From positions 607,537 to 671,536 of the forward strand of contig CAVXGU010000004.1 of the NCBI GenBank assembly GCA_963761615.1: DNA of 64,000 bases. Direction: 5' to 3'. Made by a program: the position numbers and the translations under genes. The stretch comes from an uncultured Acidobacteriota bacterium. GTDB taxonomy: Bacteria > Acidobacteriota > Vicinamibacteria > Vicinamibacterales > CAVVIG01. Shown piece by piece: positions 25,945-34,831 of the stretch. Position 1 is the stretch's first letter. The number at the start of each line of letters is the position of its first letter. The notes under the pieces were generated by a model. That model did not search any database. It was not told the DNA's origin and was given only the letters and a program-made list of their open reading frames with translations.

Positions 25945-27261
25945 TCATTCGTGCAGCCGCTGATCCCCTGACACCGAGGCGTCGCCAGACACGGCGTACG
26001 CGACCGCGGCGCCGATGAGCGCGGGAACGATGAAGGCGTGTCCCCCGGTGGCTTCCGCGACGAAGACGACGGCGGCGAGGGGCGTCTTGTAGCCGGCGGC
26101 GATGAAGGATGCCATGCCGACGGCCGCGTAGAGGTCGATCGACGGGGCATGAATCCACTGCCCGAACGCCGTGCCGAACGCTTCGCCCGTCAGGAAGAGC
26201 GGCACGAACATCGCGCTGACGCCTCCCGAGGCGAGCGAACAGAGCGTGGCGGTCAGCTTGAGGACGCCGAACGTGACGAGCTCCGCGGGCGTATGGGCGG
26301 CGCCGAGGATCAACCCGACCGCCTCGTAATTGGGGCCGATCGGGATGAGCGAGTCCTTGAACGCCGCCACGAAGGCGAGCCCGCAGAGGCCGGTCAGCAG
26401 GCCGCCGACGGCCAGCTTGAGCCAGTGCGGCCGCCGGCTGCGGACGACGCGGCCGCGCACGCGGCGGAACGCGATGGCGAAGAGCATCGCGACGAGGCCG
26501 ATGCCCGCCCCGAGCACGGCGGACCACGCCAGGTCGGCCCGCGTGAACGAGGCCGCGCTCGCGAAGTCGAAGATGGGCGAGGCGCCGAGGCACGACGCGA
26601 GCGTGGCGTAGGCCACGACCGAGGCGATGAGCGAGGGGAGCAGCGCCTCGTGGGCGAGGTCGTCGGTGAAGGGCATCTCGAGGGCGAAGACGAGGCCCGT
26701 CAGCGGGGCACGGAACACGGCCGCCATGCCGGCCGCGGCGCCGCTGATCAGCATGATGCGGCGCTCGCGCGCCGACGGCGCCAGGCGCCGGAGCTTCGTC
26801 CACAGCCAGGATCCGACCGCGCCGCCGCCGTAGATGCTGGGGCCCTCGAGCGCCGCGCTGCCGCCGCAGCCGACCGTCGTGATCGCCGCGAGCAGCTTGG
26901 GCAGGAACGGGCCCATGTCCACGGCGCCTTCGTGATGGTGGTAGGCGCGGATGATCTCTTCGGTCGAGTGTTCGTTGGGATCCGGCGTCAGCCGCTGCAT
27001 GATGAGGCCCGTGATCGTGAAGCCGGCTGCGAGCCCGGGGACGATCGTCCACGGATGGCCGAGGTAGCAGGCCAGGACGATCGGCCAGATCGCGCGCAGG
27101 ATCACCGTCACGATCGCCACGATCAGGAGACCCGTGACGACTCCGATGACTGGCGCGATGGCGAGCCACTTGTGGAGGTTGCGCCCGTAGGCCGCGCCGA
27201 GGTCGTCCTGGACGCCGGGCAGGTACCGTCGCAGCCTCGAGGCGCGGGCAGTGACGGCCAC
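25945..27261 (-). CDS. ClC family voltage-gated chloride channel / H+-Cl- antiporter
   Basis: ALEGPSI (GxEGP-type motif), FRAPLTGLVFALEM, SAMFVPLF, GYKTPLAAVVFVAEATG. GTG 27261 lies 1 nt after the marR stop; the longest ORF (27387) would overlap marR by 125 nt. Confidence 0.8.
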   Translation of the reverse strand: MAVTARASRLRRYLPGVQDDLGAAYGRNLHKWLAIAPVIGVVTGLLIVAIVTVILRAIWPIVLACYLGHPWTIVPGLAAGFTITGLIMQRLTPDPNEHSTEEIIRAYHHHEGAVDMGPFLPKLLAAITTVGCGGSAALEGPSIYGGGAVGSWLWTKLRRLAPSARERRIMLISGAAAGMAAVFRAPLTGLVFALEMPFTDDLAHEALLPSLIASVVAYATLASCLGASPIFDFASAASFTRADLAWSAVLGAGIGLVAMLFAIAFRRVRGRVVRSRRPHWLKLAVGGLLTGLCGLAFVAAFKDSLIPIGPNYEAVGLILGAAHTPAELVTFGVLKLTATLCSLASGGVSAMFVPLFLTGEAFGTAFGQWIHAPSIDLYAAVGMASFIAAGYKTPLAAVVFVAEATGGHAFIVPALIGAAVAYAVSGDASVSGDQRLHE

Positions 27262-27262
27262 C

Positions 27263-27763
27263 CTAGCGTCCGCCGTTGCGCTCGAAGAACATGACGGGAC
27301 GCTCGCGGTGCGCCACCGCGCGGGCGATGCGCCGCATCGTGGATGCCAGGTCGTGCCGCGTTGCGTCGGGCAGGGCGCGCAGGGCATCGATGATGTCCGT
27401 CTGCGCCGCGACCGGGGCGGCCCGGAGGGCCGTGCGGCCCCGGGGCGTGATCGACAGGGCGCGGCGCCGCCCGTCGGTCGGGGACCGCCGCGCGCGCACC
27501 AGCCCGCGCCGTGTCAGGCGCGAGACGACGACCGAGACCGAGCTCTGGTGCGTGTAGGTTCGCGCGGCCAGGTCGTTCACGGACAGCCCGTCGTGGTCGC
27601 GCAGCAGCTCGAGGATGAAGATCTGGGCCGCCGTGAGGCCGTTGCGACGCTCGGCCTCGCGCGACGACTCCCGCAGGCGCTGCACGATGTGCCGGATCGC
27701 ATCGAGGATCGCCTGGATGTCCCGGCTCTCGCGACTTCCCGCCGCATTTGAATGGGAACCCAT
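27263..27763 (-). CDS. MarR family transcriptional regulator
   Basis: Winged-helix region LTAAQIFILELLRDHDGLSVNDLAARTYTHQSSVSVVVSRLTRRGLV..DGRR. Confidence 0.85.
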   Translation of the reverse strand: MGSHSNAAGSRESRDIQAILDAIRHIVQRLRESSREAERRNGLTAAQIFILELLRDHDGLSVNDLAARTYTHQSSVSVVVSRLTRRGLVRARRSPTDGRRRALSITPRGRTALRAAPVAAQTDIIDALRALPDATRHDLASTMRRIARAVAHRERPVMFFERNGGR

Positions 27764-27779
27764 GTATATAGGCTACCAC

Positions 27780-28080
27780 GGGTGCCGGGCGCCAGGCACC
27801 AGGTGCCAGGTGCGCGTGCCGGGGTGCCAGGTGCCGGGTGCCGGGTGCCGGAGTGCGTGATGCCGGGGTACGTGGTGCCCGGTGCCCGGCGCGTGGTGCG
27901 GGTGCGGGGTGCCCGATGCGGGGTGAGGTGCGCCACCCGGCATCCGGCACGGGGTACGGCACCCCGCACCCTGCACCCGGCATCTGGCACCGGGCACGGC
28001 ACCCCGCACCCTGCACCCGGCACCTGGCACCTGGTGCCCGGCACCCGCACCCGGCACGCGGTGCCTGGCGCCCGGCACCC
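27780..28080. repeat. ~300-bp imperfect palindrome built from GGTGCC(G/A)GG / CCGGCACC units, with 21-nt perfect terminal inverted repeats
   Basis: GGGTGCCGGGCGCCAGGCACC at 27780-27800 is the exact reverse complement of 28060-28080. The left half is G-strand units and the right half is C-strand units; the centre is near 27930. An internal 40-bp direct repeat lies at 27956-27995 / 27996-28035. Confidence 0.85.
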
Positions 28081-28081
28081 G

Positions 28082-28969
28082 TTACCTGAGATACCGGTTG
28101 AACCAGTCCATCGTCCGCTGCCAGGCGAGCGTGGCGGCGGCCTGGTCGTAGCGCGGGGTCGTGTCGTTGTGGAAGCCGTGGTTGGCGCCCTTGTAGATGT
28201 AGCCTTCATGGGGCACCCCGGCCGCCGTGAGCATCCGGTCGTAGTCGGGCCAGGTGGCGGCCAGGCGCGTGTCCAGCTCCCCGTGGTGCACGAGCACCGG
28301 CGCCTTGATCTTGGCGACCTCCGCGGGCGGTGGCACGGCGCCGTAGAACGCGACGGCGGCGCCCAGATCCGGCAGGCGGGTCGCCAGCGTGTTGGCGATT
28401 CCACCGCCGAAGCAGAAGCCGACGACGCCGATCTTGCCGGTGCAGTCGGGCCGTGCCTTGAGCCAGCGCGCGGAGGCGACGAAGTCCTCGGTCATCTTGC
28501 CGCGATCGACCTGCTGGAAGAGCTGGCCGCCCTTCTCGTCGTCGCCCGGATAGCCGCCCACCGAGGTGAGGCCGTCGGGCGCGAAGGCGATGAAGTTGGC
28601 CGTCGCGAGCCGGCGCGCGACATCCTCGATGTACGGGTTCAGCCCGCGGTTCTCGTGGATGACCAGGACGCCCGGACGCTTGCCGCTCCGGCTGGCGGGC
28701 TCGACGAAGTAGCCGCGGATCTCGCCGTTGCCCTGGGGCGAGGGCACCGTGACGCGGCTCGTGGCGATGCGGCCGTCGGTCGGCGCGACCTGCTGCGCCC
28801 ACGCGTAGTTGGGCCGGAGCTGGTCGAACAGCGCCGCCGCCGTCACCCCGCCGACGGCGAACTTGCTCGCCCGCTGGAGGAATCCGCGCCGGTCGATCTC
28901 GCCATGGACGTACTCGTGGAAGATGTCGAGGAGCTCCTGCGGGAAGTCGGACGCCTTCTTGCGTTCCAT
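28082..28969 (-). CDS. Dienelactone hydrolase family protein with a Tat-like signal
   Basis: ATG 28969 after AAGGAG. EIDRRGFLQRASKFAVGG signal. DLH-type core (GVVGFCFGG nucleophile elbow, ..HGELD.., ..GANHGFHND). Confidence 0.85.
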   Translation of the reverse strand: MERKKASDFPQELLDIFHEYVHGEIDRRGFLQRASKFAVGGVTAAALFDQLRPNYAWAQQVAPTDGRIATSRVTVPSPQGNGEIRGYFVEPASRSGKRPGVLVIHENRGLNPYIEDVARRLATANFIAFAPDGLTSVGGYPGDDEKGGQLFQQVDRGKMTEDFVASARWLKARPDCTGKIGVVGFCFGGGIANTLATRLPDLGAAVAFYGAVPPPAEVAKIKAPVLVHHGELDTRLAATWPDYDRMLTAAGVPHEGYIYKGANHGFHNDTTPRYDQAAATLAWQRTMDWFNRYLR

Positions 28970-29094
28970 CGATGCCACTCCTTTCGGCGCGAGGCGCTCG
29001 GCTGTCGGCGAGGCCAAGCCTGCGCATTCTACTGTGCGCTCCCGTCTCCGCGCGTCCGGGCAGACGCGCCCCCGAGCGCCCAAGGCACCGTACA

Positions 29095-30102
29095 ATGACT
29101 CCCGCCATGCTGCCGTCTCCGCCGCCCCTCCGCGTCGCTTTCCTGGGGTGCGGCTTCATCACGCGCGTGCACAGCCGGCACCTGCGGCGGCTCCGCGCCG
29201 CGATCGTGCCGTGCTATGCGAGCCGCGACGCGGCCAAGGCGGCGGAATACGCGCGGCGGTTCGGCGGCGCCGCCAGCTACGCGAGCTACGACGCCGCCGT
29301 CGCCGATCCGGCGGTCGACGCCGTGGTCGTCGCCGTGCCGCCCAGGTACCACCTCGAATGGACGCTGCGTGCGCTCGACGCCGGCAAGCACGTGCTCGTC
29401 GAGAAACCGGCGTTTCCCGCGACCGCGGATTTCGCGACGGCGGCGGCGGCCCGCGATCGCGCGCGGCGCGTCGTGCTCGTCGGCGAGAACGATCACTACA
29501 AGCCCCTCGCCGTGTGCCTCCGGCGCCTCGTGGCCGAGGGCGCGATCGGCGACATGGTGTTCGCGCACTTCACGACGATCGCGCACCGGCTCAAGGCCGC
29601 CGACGACTGGCGCAACGACGAGGCGATGGCGGGCGGCGACGCGTTCTTCGAGGAGGGCATCCACTGGCTTCACCTCGCCGGCAGCCTCGGCCCGCGCATC
29701 ACCAGCGTCCACGGGTTCCGTCCACCGGCGTCACGCGACGGCGTCGATCGGCGCGCGAAGAGCATGATGGTCGCCTTCCGCTACGACAACGGCGCCGTCG
29801 GCACCCTGTACTACTCGCGTGAGATCCCGTCGTTCTTCCACGGCCTGCGCCTGTCCAAGCTGTTCGGACGCGGCGGCGTCATCACGTTCGAGTCGAACGG
29901 CCTGTTCGTCGTCTCGCGGGGCCGGCGGTTCCAGCCGATGGTGCCGGGCCTGCGCGACATCCGCGGCTACCAGGCGATGTACCGTGACTTCGTCCGGGCG
30001 ATTCGCGAGGGCGGCCGCCCGCAGATGAGCCTCGAAGCGGCGCTGGACGATCAGCGGCTGATGGATCAGGTGTACGCCGTCCGCGAGCAGTCCGCGCCGT
30101 GA
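29095..30102 (+). CDS. Gfo/Idh/MocA family oxidoreductase
   Basis: Rossmann N-terminus LRVAFLGCGFITRVH and EKP motif (HVLVEKPA). ATG 29095 or 29107. Confidence 0.85.
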   Translation: MTPAMLPSPPPLRVAFLGCGFITRVHSRHLRRLRAAIVPCYASRDAAKAAEYARRFGGAASYASYDAAVADPAVDAVVVAVPPRYHLEWTLRALDAGKHVLVEKPAFPATADFATAAAARDRARRVVLVGENDHYKPLAVCLRRLVAEGAIGDMVFAHFTTIAHRLKAADDWRNDEAMAGGDAFFEEGIHWLHLAGSLGPRITSVHGFRPPASRDGVDRRAKSMMVAFRYDNGAVGTLYYSREIPSFFHGLRLSKLFGRGGVITFESNGLFVVSRGRRFQPMVPGLRDIRGYQAMYRDFVRAIREGGRPQMSLEAALDDQRLMDQVYAVREQSAP

Positions 30103-31613
30103 GCGAGCACTACGACATCGTGATCATCGGGAGCGGCGCCGGTGGCGGGACGATCGCCAGGGCGCTCGCCGCGACGGAGGCGCGGATCCTGCTGCTCGAG
30201 CGCGGCGACTTCGTGCCGTCCGAGGAGGAGAACTGGAGCCCGGACGCCGTCTGGCGCCAGCTCCGCTACCGGACGACCGAGCGCTGGCTGGACGGCCAGG
30301 GCCGGCCGTTCCGGCCCTACACGCACTACTGCGTCGGGGGGAACAGCAAGTTCTGGGGCAGCGTTCTCTTCCGGCTGCGCCGTGAAGACTTCGAGGCGGC
30401 CGAGCACCCGGGCGGTGTGTCGCCGGCCTGGCCGATTGGCTACGACACCCTCGCCCCGTACTACGACCAGGCCGAACGCCTCTACGAGGTGCACGGAGCG
30501 ACCGGCCTCGATCCCACCGAACCCCCCCGCGGCCCCTATCCGCACGCGCCGATCCCGCATTCCGAGGAGATGTCGGAGATGGTCGCCGGGCTGCGCCGGC
30601 TCGGCCTGCATCCGTCGCCCCTGCCGCTCGGGCTGATCCGCCCCGGCGAGCCGGGAGGCTGCGTCCTGTGCGACACGTGCAACTCGTTCCCCTGCCGTCT
30701 TCGCAGGAAGAGCGACGCGGAGGTGTGCGCCGTTCGCGACGCGATGCGCCGGCCCACGCTCTCGCTGTGGACCAAGGCAAGGGCGCGCCGCCTGCTCACC
30801 GATCCCTCGGGGCACCGGGTCGAGGCCGTCGAGGTCGAGCGCGGCGGCGAGGTCATCCGCGTCGAGGGCGGCCTGTTCGTCGTCTCGTGCGGCGCGGTGA
30901 ACTCCGCGGCGCTGCTCCTGCAGTCGGCGAACGGGGCGCACCCCGCCGGCCTGGCCAACGGCTCCGGGCTCGTCGGCCGCCGCTACATGGCGCACCAGGC
31001 GACCATGATGGAAGGGTTCCACCCGCTGCGGCCCAACCACACGGTCTTCCAGAAGACCGTGGCGATCAACGACTTCTACCTGCGGGGCGCCGACGGCCGG
31101 CCGCCGCTCGGACAGATTCAGTCGCAGGGGCGGACGCATGGCGTGATGGCGCAGACCGTGTACCCCTGGATTCCGCTGTGGGCCTACGAGTGGTGGGTCG
31201 CCCGCGGCGTGGACTGGCTCGCGATGTCCGAGGATCTGCCGCAGCCCGACAACCGGGTCACGGTCGAGGGCGACGGCCGGATCCGGCTCGCCTACCAGTC
31301 GAACAACACGGACGCCCACCGGCGCCTCGTGCGCGAGATGACCACGATCCTCAAGCGCCTGGGCTTCTGGACCGTGATCACGCACTCCCACGGCGCGCAG
31401 AACACGACGCACCAGTGCGGCACGCTGGTGTTCGGCACGGATCCGGCAGCCTCGGTGCTCGACCCGTACTGCCGATCGCACGAGGTGCGCAACCTGTTCG
31501 TCGTCGACGCCTCGTTCTTCCCTTCGTCGGCCGCCGTCAACCCGGCGCTGACGATCATCGCGCAGGCCCTGCGCGTCGCGGACCACATCAAGGACACGGA
31601 GTTGAGAGCGTGA
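30099..31613 (+). CDS. GMC family FAD-dependent oxidoreductase
   Basis: YDIVIIGSGAGGG FAD-binding fold and C-terminal GMC region (..HQCGTLVFG..NLFVVDASFFPSS). GTGA overlap with the upstream stop. Confidence 0.85.
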   Translation: MSEHYDIVIIGSGAGGGTIARALAATEARILLLERGDFVPSEEENWSPDAVWRQLRYRTTERWLDGQGRPFRPYTHYCVGGNSKFWGSVLFRLRREDFEAAEHPGGVSPAWPIGYDTLAPYYDQAERLYEVHGATGLDPTEPPRGPYPHAPIPHSEEMSEMVAGLRRLGLHPSPLPLGLIRPGEPGGCVLCDTCNSFPCRLRRKSDAEVCAVRDAMRRPTLSLWTKARARRLLTDPSGHRVEAVEVERGGEVIRVEGGLFVVSCGAVNSAALLLQSANGAHPAGLANGSGLVGRRYMAHQATMMEGFHPLRPNHTVFQKTVAINDFYLRGADGRPPLGQIQSQGRTHGVMAQTVYPWIPLWAYEWWVARGVDWLAMSEDLPQPDNRVTVEGDGRIRLAYQSNNTDAHRRLVREMTTILKRLGFWTVITHSHGAQNTTHQCGTLVFGTDPAASVLDPYCRSHEVRNLFVVDASFFPSSAAVNPALTIIAQALRVADHIKDTELRA

Positions 31614-32269
31614 GAGCACGATCCCTGAGCCACATCGGCATCACCGTGTCGGATTTCGACAAGGCGGTCCAGTTCTACTGGGACGTGTTCGGCTGCCCGG
31701 TCGTGGGCGTCTCCGAGGCCCCACCCGAGCGCGTGCGGACGTTCTTCGGCGTCGACGCGCCGCAACCCTCCTGCAAGATCGGCTGGGTGCGGGTGCCGGG
31801 CGGCGGGATCCTCGAGATCTTCGGGTTCACGCCGGCGCTCCCGCCCGGCTCGATCCTCTGGAACCGCGTCGGGCTCACGCACTTCAGCTTCAACGTGCGC
31901 GACACGCAGAAGTGGTACGACTACCTGATCGGCAAGGGCGTCGAGTGCCTCGGAAGGCCCGAGCGGTCGCCGCGCGGCCACACCTTCTTCTTCGCGCGCG
32001 ACTTCGACGGCAACCTGATCGAGATGATCGATCTCGGCCGCATGCACTACGTGCTGTCGTGGGGCGGCGCGCTCGGCGGGTGGCTCTTCAGGCGGGGACG
32101 ATACAAGCAGGTACTACGGAGGCGACCGGGAAACGGCGGATCGGGGGAACTGAGGAACGGCAGTTCCCCGGTTCCCCGAGTCCCGGGTGCTCAGCTCTGT
32201 GCGGGCTTGGGCAGCAGGATGTTCGTCGCGAGACCGGTCCATCGGAGCGGGACGATGACCGCCCAGTAG
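31610..32269 (+). CDS. VOC (glyoxalase/bleomycin-resistance/dioxygenase) family protein with a non-conserved-looking C-terminal tail
   Basis: GTG 31610 overlaps the upstream TGA. LSHIGITVSDFDKAVQFYWDVFG...HFSFNV...DGNLIEMI. The last ~50 codons run through a hairpin and overlap the convergent desaturase gene by 79 nt. Confidence 0.7.
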   Translation: MRARSLSHIGITVSDFDKAVQFYWDVFGCPVVGVSEAPPERVRTFFGVDAPQPSCKIGWVRVPGGGILEIFGFTPALPPGSILWNRVGLTHFSFNVRDTQKWYDYLIGKGVECLGRPERSPRGHTFFFARDFDGNLIEMIDLGRMHYVLSWGGALGGWLFRRGRYKQVLRRRPGNGGSGELRNGSSPVPRVPGAQLCAGLGSRMFVARPVHRSGTMTAQ

Positions 32270-33027
32270 CCCCAGTCGGCGACCGCTTCCCACTTGGTCC
32301 AGGCAAAGCGGGCGGTGGCCTGCTGGCCGTGGTGGTTGTTGTGGAACCCCTCGCCCGCCGTCAGCAGGGCGACGACCCAGTTGTTGAACGTCTTGATTGC
32401 GTACGCGGCGCGCGAGTTCTGGTAGCCCCCCAGCCACCGGTGCGGCCAGTGGCAGAGCGCGTTGATCGACGGATTCAACAGGAAGACGAACGTGGCCGCG
32501 TGGATGAGCGCGGCCGCCGTGCCGAGGACGAGGCCTTCGATCAGGGCGTCGGTGAGCGACTTGTGGTGAAACAGCGCCTGCACGCCCAGCGTGACCCAGA
32601 GGAACGCCGTGCCGACCAGCAGGCCCATCCACCCGCGCCGGAAGAAGTGGCGATCCCACCACGTCCGCTTGGCGAGGATGTCACGCGCGAAGAGCGACAG
32701 GGTCTCGGGGTGCTTGCGCAGTTCGGTTAGGTAGTACCAGACATTGCCGAGCTGGATGTGCCAGAAGCCCTCCAGCCACGGGCTGTGCGGGTCGCGCTTG
32801 TTCGGCGCCACCTCGACGTCCGAGAAGGCATGGTGCTTCCGGTGCACCGCGGCCCAGACGGCCGGGTCGACGCCGGTCGTGATCCAGTTCGTGAACTTGA
32901 ACCACCACTCCGCGATCGGGTGCAGGGTCAGCGCGCGGTGCGTCACCGTTCGGTGAAGGTAGACCGTCGTCGCCGGCACCGCCAGCAGGAAGGTCGGGAT
33001 CAGGGACCAGAGCCACGCCCGGAGCAT
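32191..33027 (-). CDS. Membrane acyl-CoA/acyl-lipid fatty acid desaturase (Delta-9-like)
   Basis: Three His boxes: HRTVTH, HRKHH, HNNHH; 4-TM topology. Confidence 0.85.
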   Translation of the reverse strand: MLRAWLWSLIPTFLLAVPATTVYLHRTVTHRALTLHPIAEWWFKFTNWITTGVDPAVWAAVHRKHHAFSDVEVAPNKRDPHSPWLEGFWHIQLGNVWYYLTELRKHPETLSLFARDILAKRTWWDRHFFRRGWMGLLVGTAFLWVTLGVQALFHHKSLTDALIEGLVLGTAAALIHAATFVFLLNPSINALCHWPHRWLGGYQNSRAAYAIKTFNNWVVALLTAGEGFHNNHHGQQATARFAWTKWEAVADWGYWAVIVPLRWTGLATNILLPKPAQS

Positions 33028-33305
33028 CTATCAGCGCCTCCCGGAAAAGGATACGAATCGCCTGGAACGAATACTCAATTGTAGCGTGTTTCCGAGGACG
33101 GCCGCCCGGCGACCTGGCACCTTTTCCGCGACATCGCGACGCGTTGCCCGCGCGTCGGAAACCCGGCACCCTCCTCGGGGGCGGCGAGCCCTTCGCGCTG
33201 TTCACGCGCGCGCCAAAGCGCAAAAAATCTCCGGTCCGACACCCCGGTTACATTAGAATACAAAGTAGACTGGCCGATATTTTCGGCGAGGGGGAGGGGA
33301 GCTCA

Positions 33306-34730
33306 ATGACTGGTACACGGAAAGGGTGGCGCATCGCCCGGACGAGCGTGGCGGCGCTCGGCGCCATCGCCACGATGGCAGTACCGGCCCTGGCGGCGGA
33401 CGGCGCCGCCGCACAGGTCACGTTCAGCAAGGACATCGCGCCGATCTTCCAGGCGAAATGCCAGGACTGTCATCAGCCGAACTCGATTGCGCCGATGTCG
33501 CTCATCACGTACCAGGAGGCGCGGCCGTGGGCTCGCGACATCCGTGAGCGCGTGGCGGCGCACCAGATGCCGCCCTGGCACATCGACAAGAGCGTCGGGA
33601 TCCAGAAGTTCAAGAACGACATGTCGCTCACCGATGAGCAGGTCGACACGATCGTGCGCTGGGTCGACGGCGGCGCGCCCCAGGGCGATCCGAAGGATAT
33701 CCCGCCGGCCAAGCCGATCACGACGACGAACGAGTGGCGCGGCCAGATGGACGGCTTCGGGCCGCCGGACCTGGTCGTCCGCGCCGACGAGTACATGATG
33801 CCGGCCGCCCATCAGGACGTCTGGTGGCGTCCGATGAGCGAGATTCCCATCAGCGAGCCTCGCTGGGTCAAGATGGTCGAGATCCGGCCGACCAGCCTTC
33901 AGGCCCGCAAGACCCTGCACCACTCGATCGCGTACCTCGTGCTGAACAACGACCCGGACGCCGTGAATACCGGGACCGGGGCGACGGCATCGGCCGGGCC
34001 CGCGGCGCGCGGCGCGGGCATCGACCCCGACGACCTCGTCAACCGCCGCCCGCAGCTCATGGAGTGGGCCATCGGCAAGGGCTACGACCTCTACCGCCCC
34101 GACACCGGCAAGCTGCTGGTCCCGGGCGAGAAGATCTCGTGGGACGAGCACATTCACGCCGCGGGCGAGGACACGTCGACGGGCTCCGAGATCGGCATCT
34201 GGTTCTACCCGAAAGGCCAGGAGCCGCGTCACCGCAGCTACCTCGTGGGCTTCACCGGCATTCGGCGCGCGCCGGGCGCGCCCGCTCTCGACATCCCGCC
34301 GAACTCGATCGCCTACACGGAAGGGTTCACTCTGCTCAGGGAGAACACCCTCATCGAGAACTTCCAGCCGCACTTCCACCTGCGCGGCAAGGCGATGCAG
34401 GTCGAGGCGATCCTGCCCAACGGCACGACGCAGATCGTCAGCTACGTGGGCAACTTCAACTTCAACTGGATGACCAACTACATCTACGCCGACGATGCGG
34501 CGCCGGTGTTCCCGAAGGGGACGATCATCCACGTCACCGCGTGGTACGACAACACCCGCGCGAACAAGAACAACCCCGACCCCGACCAGTGGGTCGGCTA
34601 CGGCGACCGCACCGTGGACGAGATGGCGCACGCGTGGATGAACGTCACGTACCTCTCGGACCAGGAGTACCAGCAGCTGATCGCCGAGCGCAAGGCGAAG
34701 TCCGCGTCGGGATCCCAGCAGCAGCAGTAG
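33306..34730 (+). CDS. Second full-length secreted heme-c / PHM-like copper monooxygenase-like protein (paralog of 478..1881)
   Basis: ATG 33306 after GGGGAGGGGA. Signal peptide. CQDCH (33459-33473), MPPWH, LHHSIAY, EHIHAAG, QPHFHLRGKAM, VDEMAHAW all conserved. Roughly two-thirds identical to 478..1881 by eye. Confidence 0.9.
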   Translation: MTGTRKGWRIARTSVAALGAIATMAVPALAADGAAAQVTFSKDIAPIFQAKCQDCHQPNSIAPMSLITYQEARPWARDIRERVAAHQMPPWHIDKSVGIQKFKNDMSLTDEQVDTIVRWVDGGAPQGDPKDIPPAKPITTTNEWRGQMDGFGPPDLVVRADEYMMPAAHQDVWWRPMSEIPISEPRWVKMVEIRPTSLQARKTLHHSIAYLVLNNDPDAVNTGTGATASAGPAARGAGIDPDDLVNRRPQLMEWAIGKGYDLYRPDTGKLLVPGEKISWDEHIHAAGEDTSTGSEIGIWFYPKGQEPRHRSYLVGFTGIRRAPGAPALDIPPNSIAYTEGFTLLRENTLIENFQPHFHLRGKAMQVEAILPNGTTQIVSYVGNFNFNWMTNYIYADDAAPVFPKGTIIHVTAWYDNTRANKNNPDPDQWVGYGDRTVDEMAHAWMNVTYLSDQEYQQLIAERKAKSASGSQQQQ

Positions 34731-34767
34731 CGAACGAGGTCAGACACGCCGGTTTCCAAACCGCGCG

Positions 34768-34800
34768 CGACGGGGCCGGGCCAGGCGCCCGGCTCCGTCG
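34768..34800 (+). terminator. GC-rich hairpin between the second enzyme gene and its partner (13-bp stem, no T-tract)
   Basis: CGACGGGGCCGGG-ccaggcg-CCCGGCTCCGTCG with one G-U wobble. Confidence 0.4.
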
Positions 34801-34831
34801 CGTCCATCCTTCCCAAGTGAGAGTTCTGCGC

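Noticed and set aside
24171-26150. 659-aa minus-strand ORF
   Set aside because: Only the last 236 codons (from ATG 24881, with RBS and Tat signal) look coding. The upstream part is antisense to the TsdA-like gene.
27761-27780. TATATA immediately upstream of the marR ATG as a -10 box for a leaderless transcript
   Set aside because: The hexamer ends 1 nt before the ATG, so a transcript initiated from it would start inside the coding sequence. Probably fortuitous.
27752-28404. CRISPR array or coding repeats in the GGTGCC-rich region (ORFs 27752..29098, 27773..28078, 27838..28089, 27577..28404)
   Set aside because: The units are 8-9 nt with no unique spacers of CRISPR size and no cas genes. The region is a palindrome, so every frame on both strands gives similar PGAR-rich translations. 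This is simple-sequence DNA, not genes.
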